Part shown: positions 22,437 to 32,360 of the stretch, in pieces
Numbering within the stretch: the first letter of the stretch is position 1
How the letters are laid out: each line of letters starts with the position of its first letter
Assembly (NCBI GenBank): GCA_965205025.1
Contig: CBDBFU010000032.1
Coordinates: forward strand, 64,001-128,000
DNA from: Candidatus Poribacteria bacterium
GTDB lineage: Bacteria > Poribacteria > WGA-4E > WGA-3G
Direction: 5' to 3'
DNA: 64,000 nt
Program-made: the position numbers and the translations under genes
The notes under the pieces: generated by a model
The model's database searches: none
What the model was told of the DNA's origin: nothing
Seen by the model: only the letters and a program-made list of their open reading frames with translations

Positions 22437-22630
22437 GAGTCGCGGGGAATGCCAAAAGGCATTCCCCGGTGAATGTCTAATGAGGATTAAGTAAATATTT
22501 CGGTAATCCAGTCCATAAACTTATCGTAGGGGCGGGGTTAACCCGCCCGTATATTACCGAATTAATAAATTAATCTTCATATGTCATTCATTCCGTTGAT
22601 TTCTTGATTTGGTAGGGACGAAATGTCTAT
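22437..22630. mobile_element. Nested composite: GTCCC/GGGAC-type hairpin > 35-bp modules > 101-bp ATGAGG-TIR element (22480-22580) > GTAG REP
   Basis: TIRs ATGAGGATTAA-N11-GGTAAT and ATTACC-N11-TTAATCTTCAT. Internal GTAGGGGCGGGGTTAACCCGCCC at 22526. Confidence 0.85.
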
Positions 22631-22942
22631 AATATAATATCAAAATCCGTGAAAACAACAAATACAATCCGTTAACTAGCGCAAGTCGTTAATTAGTTTT
22701 GTTAAAGTTGCACCGAAGATAGTATATGATATATGAGTATCCACTTATTTGGTGTTTTTTGTGTGATAATTATGAGAAAGGTGATACAATTAACAACTAC
22801 AATTATCTTGATATATTGTAGGTTTTCTATAGTACATCACATCGTATATGTAGTCCGGCACACTCAAATATCGACGCATTTATGTTCTTTTCCCAGTTGA
22901 AAAGGACTGAAATCAGTCCAACCTATAAGGAAGATAGCATCA

Positions 22943-23134
22943 GTGAGATTTTTAGAGAAAAAAGCTGCTTTGCGTAAGCAAAGGACATTCTGGCGCATGA
23001 TTAGACTAATTCTGTTTATTGTGTGCGTATTTTTTGCAATCTATCTGACTATAACTCTAAACAAGTTAAAAATAGAGCATAAAGATTACACAGATATCCC
23101 TACACCAACACACGAATTCATCCCTGACCGTTAA
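22943..23134 (+). CDS. Small hypothetical single-TM protein
   Basis: 63 aa, AAGGAAG upstream, basic N-terminus followed by a hydrophobic helix. Confidence 0.45.
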   Translation: MRFLEKKAALRKQRTFWRMIRLILFIVCVFFAIYLTITLNKLKIEHKDYTDIPTPTHEFIPDR

Positions 23135-23286
23135 CGTTATAATTTTGACGAGGTTGAAATGAAAAAAGTTTCTGTTCACTCACAATTTAGACAAACTGAT
23201 CAACAATCATCCACTTGCAAAAGACTACCACATAAATGAGATCAGTATCACCCTCAATAACATAAAGTTTGAAATAAGGAGGACAA

Positions 23287-23418
23287 ATGGATTTACGTAA
23301 GTTACGGGAAAACTCAGATTCGGAACTCCAGCAGTTTAAAAGAAATATGAAAGCTTATGCTCGGTTCTTTAGCACTTTGCTTACCATATTTTCTATCGCT
23401 ATGCTAATTTTCCTATAG
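23287..23418 (+). CDS. Small hypothetical 43-aa protein with a C-terminal TM helix (below the ORF-track cutoff)
   Basis: Strong AAGGAGG RBS 4 nt before the ATG. Translation MDLRKLRENSDSELQQFKRNMKAYARFFSTLLTIFSIAMLIFL. Confidence 0.55.
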   Translation: MDLRKLRENSDSELQQFKRNMKAYARFFSTLLTIFSIAMLIFL

Positions 23419-23460
23419 TTTTGAAAGAGAACACATCAAATTTATACAAAATTTAGGAGA

Positions 23461-24168
23461 TTGATCCTGATGAAAAATCAACGAAACGTACCAAGACATA
23501 TTGTGATAGGAACAATTTGCCTTGTAATGATGGGTTGCTTAACATTGTACTTTGTTTTTTATCGATCTCAGCTAAACGTTGATCCAATAAAAAAGTATAA
23601 CACTATTACCATTACACAAAAAGATTCTGTTGAAACAATTGAAAAATCTGTATCATCAGCATCGGATACTGCAGATACAGAAGGTATCAAGGAAACTTTG
23701 AGTAAAGCAGAAACTGTCGTCATGTCAACTTCCGAAAACTCCAGTAATGTAGCCTTTCCAGTTGATGAGAACCGACAGATTAAGTCCGAACAAGATTCAC
23801 AGAAAAGCGTAGCAGTCTCTACTAAATATGCAGAAAATATGAGGATCCTGATGGAAGCAATGGAGACTCTAAAGAAGGCAGATGACACCCTAGCACGACA
23901 TAAACAATTCATGGAAATTCTAGACACGGTACCTATCTCCCAACACCAAGGAAAATTACCTGAGAATGTAGTCGAAGATCTACTTAATCAACTTGTCCCC
24001 AATTTGGTTGAGGAATTGAACACACTTTCTGCAACAGAACAACGCGAACTTATTACCCAGTTGCGACCATTGATGAAAACAATGGTTGAAGCGCAAACCC
24101 AGGAGTCCGATTCAGCCGATGTTCTCTTAAAAATGCTTCGTGCTCATGGGTTTGAACCGAAGTTTTGA
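23461..24168 (+). CDS. Hypothetical N-terminally anchored helical protein
   Basis: AGGAG RBS, one TM segment, a low-complexity linker and a helical C-terminus. Confidence 0.65.
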   Translation: MILMKNQRNVPRHIVIGTICLVMMGCLTLYFVFYRSQLNVDPIKKYNTITITQKDSVETIEKSVSSASDTADTEGIKETLSKAETVVMSTSENSSNVAFPVDENRQIKSEQDSQKSVAVSTKYAENMRILMEAMETLKKADDTLARHKQFMEILDTVPISQHQGKLPENVVEDLLNQLVPNLVEELNTLSATEQRELITQLRPLMKTMVEAQTQESDSADVLLKMLRAHGFEPKF

Positions 24169-24346
24169 GAATGGAGGTTGCTTGAAAATATGACTGAAGA
24201 TCCAGAGTTCAAGAAAGAAGTACAATCCTTGCTGTCAGATACATTTCGTGAGTAGTTGTTTGTTTTTACAAAGTTTACGGCGTGAAGGTTTCTCATTCCT
24301 TCACACCACTCTCAATATATTAGGCATTATAACGGAGTAAATTGTA

Positions 24347-24620
24347 ATACCATTTCCAATTGATTAATTTACATTATGACTTAAGTAAAACTGGGATAAT
24401 CATATACAGATATATGAGTCCCGGGGTAGGTATTGAGTCCCATAGGGACGGAATGTTTATAGCAAAGGTGTATAGCCCCATAATTGAGTCCCGGGGAATA
24501 CCTAAATAGCATTCATACCGTTGATTCCTTGATTCGAGGGACGGAATGTTTATAGAAATCGTTATCACCATTATACCAAGCCTAGCGGGGCAAAAGGTGT
24601 ATCCCTAAATTGACGCCTAT
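24347..24620 (+). repeat. Composite hairpin-repeat cluster homologous to 27131-27389 and 3054-3130
   Basis: Shared ATACCATTT.CAATTGA start, GAGTCCC...GGGACGGAATGTTTATAG units and AAAGGTGTATCCCTAAATTGACGCCTATA end. Confidence 0.85.
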
Positions 24621-24654
24621 ATCTATTATTGAAACAACCCAACCAAGTCGTAAT

Positions 24655-27119
24655 TTATCTTTTATCGTTAGATATAACAGTTTCCCTAAACCAACACCGC
24701 CTCCCATCAGTTTTCAAAATAATCGCACCGAGTTGGTCCGTACGGAGTTGAATACAGTTCCGATCCTGATACCGAGAAACAACATCTGCATGTGGAAATT
24801 GATACCGATTCCCTTTACCCAGAGAATAGATAGCATAACGTGGTTGAACCGCATCCAAAAATTCTGCAGTACTTGACGTCCTACTTCCATGATGCGGAAC
24901 CTTTATTATTTCTGACCTTAGATCTTGTTGAGATGTCAATATACGTTTTTCAGCATTGGCTTCTATATCTCCACTAAACAATATATCCACCAAACCGTAG
25001 CTAACTTTCAACACCAATGAATCGTCATTCTTATCATCATCTATAAGATTTGTCTCATCTGCATCTATTGGGTGGAGTAGAGAAAGCGTTGCAGAAGGCG
25101 TGAATTCTATTTTCCCAGCATAGGGATAGGAATACGGTAGTTTTTGGGTTTTTGCAATGTTCCGTAGACGATTATGTGTTGATGAATCCAGTTCCATATC
25201 CGGAATTCCAATGAAATGTTTAACATTATAGTTTTGTAGTATGTAAGCAAGGCCACCACCATGGTCTAAATCCGGAATGTGTTAGCATAACCATATCAAC
25301 ACGTCTGATATTCTCAGAATCAAGATAGGGTTCAATTATCCGTTTACCTACATCATACTCCACTTCACGTTTCTTCTTTTCATTATAATAGGCATGTTGG
25401 ATACCCCCATCTACCAGCATAACCTGTTTATCAGGAAACCTGATAACTGCGGCATCACCTTGACCAACATCCAAAGTGGTTATTTCTAAGAGTCTACCCT
25501 CTTCTTTAAATCCTCTATCCCACACCCAGATTGTCAGAATTGATAATCCGATAAGACTCGCTATCCTCCACTGTTCATATAGATAACGCCACTGTGTAGC
25601 ACATATACATATCACGATGTAAATAAAGATAAGACCTATCGTTGGTGGAGCAATCTTTACTATCCCCCAATCTTGTCCAAATAGACTTATGAGTTTGAGG
25701 AATATATGCATAATAATCTGATTTATTATCCCTAACAATTTCGCTAATGGTAGCCAAATAAACCCAACACACACAGATGCCATTCCAACACCAACAATTA
25801 ATGACACAAGACCAACAGCAAACGGACCGACAATTATACCTAAGGGGTATGTTCTATAAAAATGGTAAGCGATAAGAGGAGAAGTGCCAATTTGTGCTGC
25901 CAAGGTTACCAGATAGGACAATACCAACCATTTTACTGCCGATCTTCTCATTTTTTGAAAATGGGTATACTCCACAGACTCCTCTGTATCCCAGAACTTT
26001 CGGAACGGTTTCTCCATTTTAGATACAAAGAATACAATTGCAGCAACCGCAACAAAAGAGAGTTGAAAACCTACATCCCATAACTGAGTAGGATTAATTA
26101 AAAGCAATACCAGTGCAGCAACCGCAAGTAAATTGTAAATATCCGCGTCCCTGTCAATAATTGTTGCAAACAGAAACAAGATCGCCATTAACGATGCACG
26201 AAATACTGAAGGACGAAAACCGACTAAACTCGCATAGAGAATTACACCTAAAATTGTTAGAAGACATACCATCTTTTTCGGCATCCGAAATATTGACAGT
26301 CCAAGGTAACAAAACAGTGCTATAAGACCTACATGTAATCCTGACACTGCAAGAACATGGAATGTTCCACTGTTCCGAAACATATCCAATGTTTCTGTCG
26401 GTACATCTCCTCGTTTTCCAAGTAGAATGCCTTTTAAGAGTTGAGCATGGAGTGATATTTCATTTTTAGGTGATGTATCCTGTTTTGAATAAGCATAATC
26501 AATAATCCGTTCTGTTCGAAAACGTAGTGATTCTATCCATCGTAATGGTAGGAATCCCGATTGTTTTCCAATTTGTAGTAATCCTTGGTGTTGGATAATT
26601 CCAGTTACATTTTGGCGTTCGAGATATGCTCGGTAATCAAACCCTCCAGGATTCCGTTTTGATTGGGGTTGCTGTAATACACCTGTTATAGTCAGATGTT
26701 TCCCGTATCGTAGTGAAACCAGATCTTGAAATCTTATTAAGCACTTAGCAGACACAGATTTGGTAGGATCAGATAATAGCTGAATCTTACCTACAGCATA
26801 GCATGCATCCCATGATTCTCCCCGTTCAGGTTGATAAACAGTTTTCCCTGTAAAACTGATCGGTTGTTCATAGAAGTTATCTGGTATTGATGGAACTGTT
26901 GCAACATCTAAACGCAACATACCACTGGCAAACACAGCAATATGTAAAAGTGTATAACAGATGTATTTTGATCGTTTTCTGGTGAAGATGCAACCCATCA
27001 GAAGTATCAGTACGGAAACCCAAATCCATAATAATGGAATTGATGTATACTCACCAGTGATGATACCTAAAATGAATGGAATAAGAAAAAAATAAGGCAG
27101 GACGAGACTTGAATGTCAT
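24655..27119 (-). CDS. comEC: DNA internalization competence protein ComEC/Rec2; two apparent +1 frameshifts (near 27090 and 25276)
   Basis: RNPGGFDY, HVLAVSGLHVG, GFQLSF, LDVGQGDA, restored THPDLDHGGG and KVPHHGSRTSS. Confidence 0.9.
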
Positions 27120-27130
27120 TGATAAATGTA

Positions 27131-27562
27131 ATACCATTTTCAATTGATACACTTACGATTTAAGTGAAATAGGAACAATCATATATAGATTTATGAGTCC
27201 CGTAGGGACGAAATGTCTATAGAAAACGGGTTTATCCACTATCTTGAGTCCCATAGGGACGGAATGTTTATAGAAGTCAATATCACCAATACCCTAAGCC
27301 CCAGAGGGGCGAAAGGTTTGTAGAAAACGGTGAACCCACCAAACAAGCCCCAGCGGGGCGAAAGGTGTATCCCTAAATTGACGCCTATAGTGCGGTGAAT
27401 CAACGGTATGAATGCCATAAGGCATTCCCCGGGAAACCGCACCTACCGGGTTTGGGAAAAATAGAATTACCGAAATATTTACTTAATCCTCATCCAGTTT
27501 GTGCGGTATTTCAAGACATGTTTAACAACTGTTCATGAGATAAACATTTATAGAAATGGTAT
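27131..27562. mobile_element. 432-bp ATACCA-TIR composite MITE loaded with hairpin repeats, a module-interrupted REP and one end of an ATGAGG element
   Basis: ATACCATTTTCA...TAGAAATGGTAT ends. Hairpins at ~50-bp period (27195, 27246, 27298, 27347). 27466-27493 is the exact reverse complement of 22480-22507. Confidence 0.75.
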
Positions 27563-27590
27563 AAGTAAATAGGTGGCAACCTGAGTTATT

Positions 27591-27705
27591 ATACCATTTC
27601 TAATTGAAAATGTCTCTTTTTTGTACCACAAACTTTCAGTTTGTGACCTGAAAAATGACTACCATAATAACCGGTTAATGAGACAATAATCTATAGAAAT
27701 GGTAT
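27591..27705. mobile_element. 115-bp MITE with perfect 12-bp TIR ATACCATTTCTA
   Basis: ATACCATTTCTA...TAGAAATGGTAT with an internal CACAAACT-TTC-AGTTTGTG hairpin. Confidence 0.8.
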
Positions 27706-27748
27706 TATATTATTTGATATGATAAATATCAACTTTAACCTTGTAATA

Positions 27749-28998
27749 GGGTGTGTAAAGTTATTGGCATTAAAAGACATTAAATGAAACGGATCAAACA
27801 TTTTAATTAAAAAAATGAAGAAAACACCCATTTCTAACAACTAACATATATATATCACAATAATATAAAAATATTTGTCAAAATGAAAATAAAATTGTAT
27901 ACTACTATATCGTTCAATATTTGTAAACAAAAAATAAAGAACAAAGAACTAAAAACTAATGGCTATCTATAAAAACGATCCTAATTACGAAATATTATAT
28001 ACGTCAAAAAAGCATACCTTTATAACCGTTAGGAATGCCAAATTCAGAAAGTACAACAAAAACACAAAATCACACTTTTTCGAATTTCTTATAAATCAAG
28101 TTCAAACTGGAATAAAGCCAGTCTATGACAGGGGTTACAGGGGTAATTTACACCAATTTCAATGTCACACCGTGTGACAAAAAGTGTAACTTTTTTCATT
28201 TTTTCGACGCATAGAGAAATGCAATAACAACACGATCTACTGTCTGAGTATTTAGGATTAAATAGCTGATTTTACACGTTATTTTATGTCTGTATATTAG
28301 GATTAAATGTCCGTTTTTATACCTTTTTGACAATCAGAAATATCAGTTATTAAAGAGTATTCTCAAGACAAATATATGCCAATTATATATAAAGACTAAA
28401 TTGGACAATTCTAATTCAGAGGAAACTGAGTATCTAATGATAAATCTATTTTTTATTCAGTTTTGTATATCAAAAATACCGTACTCCAGCGGAGTACTAT
28501 GTCTATAGAAAACAATATGGGAACAGTCTGGCACTCCAGATGAAGTTAAAAAAATAAAATAGGTAATTTGGACCCAGAGCTGGTAGGTGCGGTTTCCTAA
28601 CCGCACCAGATTCTACAAGAAACTGGAAATTACCCGAATAAATTCTTTAACTTCATGCGGAGTGCTATGTGCCAATACACTTCGTATGAAAAACATATAA
28701 GTACTTAATACACACCTAAGTTATAGTGTAATTAACGGGTGTGATTCACGGAGAACTGGTCTACTTTAAATTATAAACCCTTATAGAATAAGGCTTCGTA
28801 AAATTGCTCCGTGAAGGTTTCCGTGAAAGTGTAAAAAATTCAAGACGACAAATATTAACAGTTTTTTACAATACACAGTACCCATAGATCTAACATATAT
28901 GGAATTGAGAGAAATACTAAAGATGCTACTTGAGATAAATATTAGTATTCCAAGTACGATAGCAGCGTAATGTTTAGTGACAAAAACTTTACATACCC
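27749..28998. mobile_element. ~1.25-kb non-coding element with the same GGGTGTGTAAAGT/ACTTTACATACCC ends as the 22062 MITE, containing nested elements
   Basis: Terminal matches are present and 28421-28670 is homologous to 22186-22320. Contains the 117-bp element and the 145-bp repeat. The TSD is only degenerate. Confidence 0.65.
28540..28656. mobile_element. Second copy of the 117-bp ATGAAG-TIR element
   Basis: Interrupts GCACTCC-AGC-GGAGTGC with the G duplicated. The empty homologous site is at 22297-22313. Confidence 0.9.
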
Positions 28999-29107
28999 CG
29001 TTTTAATAAACGGCTTGAATCATAATCTTAAGCATGCTAAATTTATACTGTCTAACTTGATTTAAAGTAATATTCATTCGACAAATATTCGTATAGGTAA
29101 GTATGAT

Positions 29108-30250
29108 ATGGGAACACTTTTTATAAAGGGATTCGTTAGAGATGTCAAATACACTCCGTGTTTTAATCCAGAAGAATTTAAAGTTTACAACCTGTCAGAT
29201 TTTGATGTGAACAATGTTAATTCCTATGGCTTAGTAAATTTAGGTATTTCTGAGAATAATCTAGCATATTCGAAATGGGTTTCTCCGAAAAGAACAAGGA
29301 CCTATCCTTTTGCAAGAATCTATAATACTTACCATCTTAATACAAAGAAAGTTACGATAATTCCAATTATAAAGGATGAAGGGGCTGGTACTCAAAATAA
29401 TGACCGAATTAATTTTATCACATTTTCATGGATGAACCTTCTTAATGTCTATATCATTCTGTCATGGTATGAAGATGCGTATAAAAAAGAAGGTACTACA
29501 GATAGAATTACCAATCAATTACTTAATACTGATAGTATCAGAGAGAAATTAGATCAAGTTAGCCGTTATCAGGCAAGTGCTTTACACTGGAATACAAACC
29601 ATTTTATAGACAATTTTGAAGAAATCTATTTGAATGCTGTTAACAGTTATAAGAAAATATCTGTAAATAGGAAAGTCGGAATGCACTCTTCGGAAGACCA
29701 TTTAAAGAAACTTGAAACATTTAAGAAAGATGGTGTTTTTTGTATAGAGACTTTCAAAGAGTCTACTCTTCCAGCTTCCTATTCTGCTGCTATAAGAGAA
29801 TCAGTCACTGTTCATGAGTTAGAATCTTTGAGTGAAAATACTAAAGGAGTTTTTTCAATTACTAATTATCAAGGTGGAGAATATCATCTTACTGCTGATG
29901 AGGTATATTGGGAAAATGACAAATTTGTAATACAAGAATCTAAGAATAGTAGTAGGAAAAAATTCCCATCTGATAATGACATTAAGGACGGACTATTTAA
30001 GCTAATCTTGTTCTCAAATTTAGAACAATTAACATTTAGTAATAGAACAAACGTTGATTATATTGTCCGATTAAAGTTAACTGGAGATTTTACTGATACG
30101 CTTTTTCTGCCCAATGATACGAATTCAATCAATCAATTTAGTGCAACAAACCGTTTGACAACTTCACAAAAAAGAATCCTCACTCTTCTAAACCGAGAAT
30201 CAATTGAAAACGAAAAATTACAGGTTTGGATAACAAAATACAATTATTGA
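29108..30250 (+). CDS. Putative type II restriction endonuclease
   Basis: AT-rich 380-aa ORF directly upstream of a Dam-type MTase, with a possible PD-(D/E)xK motif ADEV...QESKN. The function is inferred. Confidence 0.55.
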   Translation: MGTLFIKGFVRDVKYTPCFNPEEFKVYNLSDFDVNNVNSYGLVNLGISENNLAYSKWVSPKRTRTYPFARIYNTYHLNTKKVTIIPIIKDEGAGTQNNDRINFITFSWMNLLNVYIILSWYEDAYKKEGTTDRITNQLLNTDSIREKLDQVSRYQASALHWNTNHFIDNFEEIYLNAVNSYKKISVNRKVGMHSSEDHLKKLETFKKDGVFCIETFKESTLPASYSAAIRESVTVHELESLSENTKGVFSITNYQGGEYHLTADEVYWENDKFVIQESKNSSRKKFPSDNDIKDGLFKLILFSNLEQLTFSNRTNVDYIVRLKLTGDFTDTLFLPNDTNSINQFSATNRLTTSQKRILTLLNRESIENEKLQVWITKYNY

Positions 30251-30262
30251 TTATAGGACATT

Positions 30263-31099
30263 ATGCAAAAGTTAGCAAAAAGTCCGTTGCGTTACCCAGG
30301 AGGTAAATCAAGGGCTTTAAAACAGATTCTTCCTCTAATCCCTCATAATATTAAAGAATATCGTGAGCCTTTTGTTGGCGGGGGTTCTGTCTTTTTTGCA
30401 ATCCGAAGTATTTTTCAAAAATTAATTCATTCTTACTGGATTAATGATCTTAATTACGATTTATACTGTTTTTGGAAACAGACGCGGGACAATGTCACCA
30501 AATTAGTAGATACGCTAATAGATACAAAAATAAAATATGATAACGATGGTAAATTACTTTTTGATGAATTAGCATCTATGAAAGATTCGCTATGCGAGAA
30601 TAAACAGATACTTCCTGAATTTGAACGGGCGGTAAGGTTTTTTATACTCAATAGAATCACTTTTTCTGGGATTGTTGATTCGGGAGGGTATTCTCAGGCA
30701 GCCTATGAAAGTCGTTTTACAGACTCATCAATTTCACGAATTAACATGATTTCACCATACCTGTCTGGGGTCAATATAACCTGTGATGACTACGTTGATG
30801 CATTATTCCAAAAAGGAGAAGATGTCTATATTTTTCTCGATCCTCCATATTGGAAGGCTAAGGATTCTAAACTGTATGGTACGAGAGGATCTTTACATAC
30901 ATCATTTGATCATATAGAATTTGCAGAAAATATGAAAAAATGTCCTCATAAGTGGCTAATTACTTATGACGATTCTCCCAAAATTCGTGAACTCTTTAAT
31001 TTTGCAGATATACAGGAATGGACTTTACAATATGGTATGAACAATTATAAAAAAGATACAGCTGCAAAAGGGAATGAGTTATTCATCAAGAATTATTGA
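30263..31099 (+). CDS. Dam/D12-class N6-adenine DNA methyltransferase
   Basis: SPLRYPGGKS, YREPFVGGGSV, INDLN and FLDPPY. Confidence 0.92.
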   Translation: MQKLAKSPLRYPGGKSRALKQILPLIPHNIKEYREPFVGGGSVFFAIRSIFQKLIHSYWINDLNYDLYCFWKQTRDNVTKLVDTLIDTKIKYDNDGKLLFDELASMKDSLCENKQILPEFERAVRFFILNRITFSGIVDSGGYSQAAYESRFTDSSISRINMISPYLSGVNITCDDYVDALFQKGEDVYIFLDPPYWKAKDSKLYGTRGSLHTSFDHIEFAENMKKCPHKWLITYDDSPKIRELFNFADIQEWTLQYGMNNYKKDTAAKGNELFIKNY

Positions 31100-31114
31100 T
31101 AGGGAGGAATCAGT

Positions 31115-32296
31115 GTGAGCAAAGATATACTTAACTATTTTTTACCACCACAGATAGAATTTGGTGAAGGTGCAATCGCAAATTTACCAAACCATGTCCA
31201 AACACTTGCCGGTAAAAAACCATTTATCGTAAGTGATGTTGGGATAACCAATGCTGGAATATTATCACAAGCCACCTCTCCTTTAGATGATGCAAATATC
31301 CCTTATGCAACTTTCATAGACATTGAACCAAACCCAACAGATACAAGTGTTTTAGAAGGTGTAAAAGTCTATATAGAGCAACAGTGTGACATAGTCATTG
31401 CTGTTGGTGGCGGCAGTGTGATGGATGCTGCGAAAGCAATTCGTCTCCTAACAACACATGAACCCCCTTTAGAAACTTACTATGTCGATTCAAATGGTGC
31501 TGATAAAATAAATGCGGATATGCCACCTTTGATATGTGTTCCCACAACAGCAGGAACAGGGAGCGAAGTCTCTCAAGGTGCAATAATTACCGATACTTCT
31601 CTACAAACGACTAACCGTTGGCGTAAACGTGCATTAATTTCTCGGTACAATATGTCAAACGTTGCATTATTAGATCCGACATTGACAGTGAAAATGCCAC
31701 CTGCTTTGACGGCAGCAACTGGGATGGACGCAATCACCCACGGGATTGAAGCTTATGTAGCAACAAAATATCATCCAATTTCTGAAGGTGTAGCACTGCA
31801 AGCAATAAAGATATTAGGAGCGAATATCAGAACAGCATATCATCAAGGTGATAATATGGCTGCAAGAGGAGAGATGTTATTAGCCTCATGTATGGGGGCA
31901 TTTTCATTTCAAAAAGGTCTCGGGGCTGTGCATTCAATTGCACACCAATTATCAACAGATGCACCCATCCCCCACGGTGTTGCAAATGCAATTCTACTAC
32001 CACCTGTTATGGAATTTAACCTACCCCATGTAATTGGCAAATATGCCGAAGTTGCTGAAGCATTAGGGGTGAATGTAGATGGTATGTCCAAAGGTGAGGC
32101 AGCATGCGCTGCAATAGATGAAATCCAAGAACTGAACAAAGAACTGAACATGCCAACAGGACTTGGGGAAGCAGGTTTAGACAGAGAAAAACTACCAAAA
32201 CTCGCAGCAGATTCAATGCTGGATCACTGCCACAAATTGAATCCGCGACCTTGTACCGAAAGCGACATGCTGAATTTGCTTGAGGCAGCCTTTTAA
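31115..32296 (+). CDS. Iron-containing alcohol dehydrogenase
   Basis: AVGGGSVMDAAK, PTTAGTGSE, GMDAITHGIE, HSIAH and PHGVANA. Confidence 0.92.
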   Translation: MSKDILNYFLPPQIEFGEGAIANLPNHVQTLAGKKPFIVSDVGITNAGILSQATSPLDDANIPYATFIDIEPNPTDTSVLEGVKVYIEQQCDIVIAVGGGSVMDAAKAIRLLTTHEPPLETYYVDSNGADKINADMPPLICVPTTAGTGSEVSQGAIITDTSLQTTNRWRKRALISRYNMSNVALLDPTLTVKMPPALTAATGMDAITHGIEAYVATKYHPISEGVALQAIKILGANIRTAYHQGDNMAARGEMLLASCMGAFSFQKGLGAVHSIAHQLSTDAPIPHGVANAILLPPVMEFNLPHVIGKYAEVAEALGVNVDGMSKGEAACAAIDEIQELNKELNMPTGLGEAGLDREKLPKLAADSMLDHCHKLNPRPCTESDMLNLLEAAF

Positions 32297-32360
32297 GAAT
32301 CCTTCTTAAACTCACGTTAAATTAAGAAGGTTTAAATGAACATGAATTAAGGATGATATT

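Noticed and set aside
24166-24255. TGA readthrough (selenocysteine or recoding) extending the 235-aa ORF
   Set aside because: The frame stays open for only 28 codons, there is no SECIS-like hairpin or redox motif, and a GGAGG could start a separate short ORF.
27195-27370. CRISPR-like run of palindromic repeats at ~50-bp period
   Set aside because: Only four units, with two different stem sequences. The linkers recur at other loci, the same units are dispersed across the window, and there are no cas genes.
27959-28177. 72-aa ORF inside the 1.25-kb element as a transposase remnant
   Set aside because: No DDE, HUH or HTH motif is recognizable, and the composition is AT-driven.
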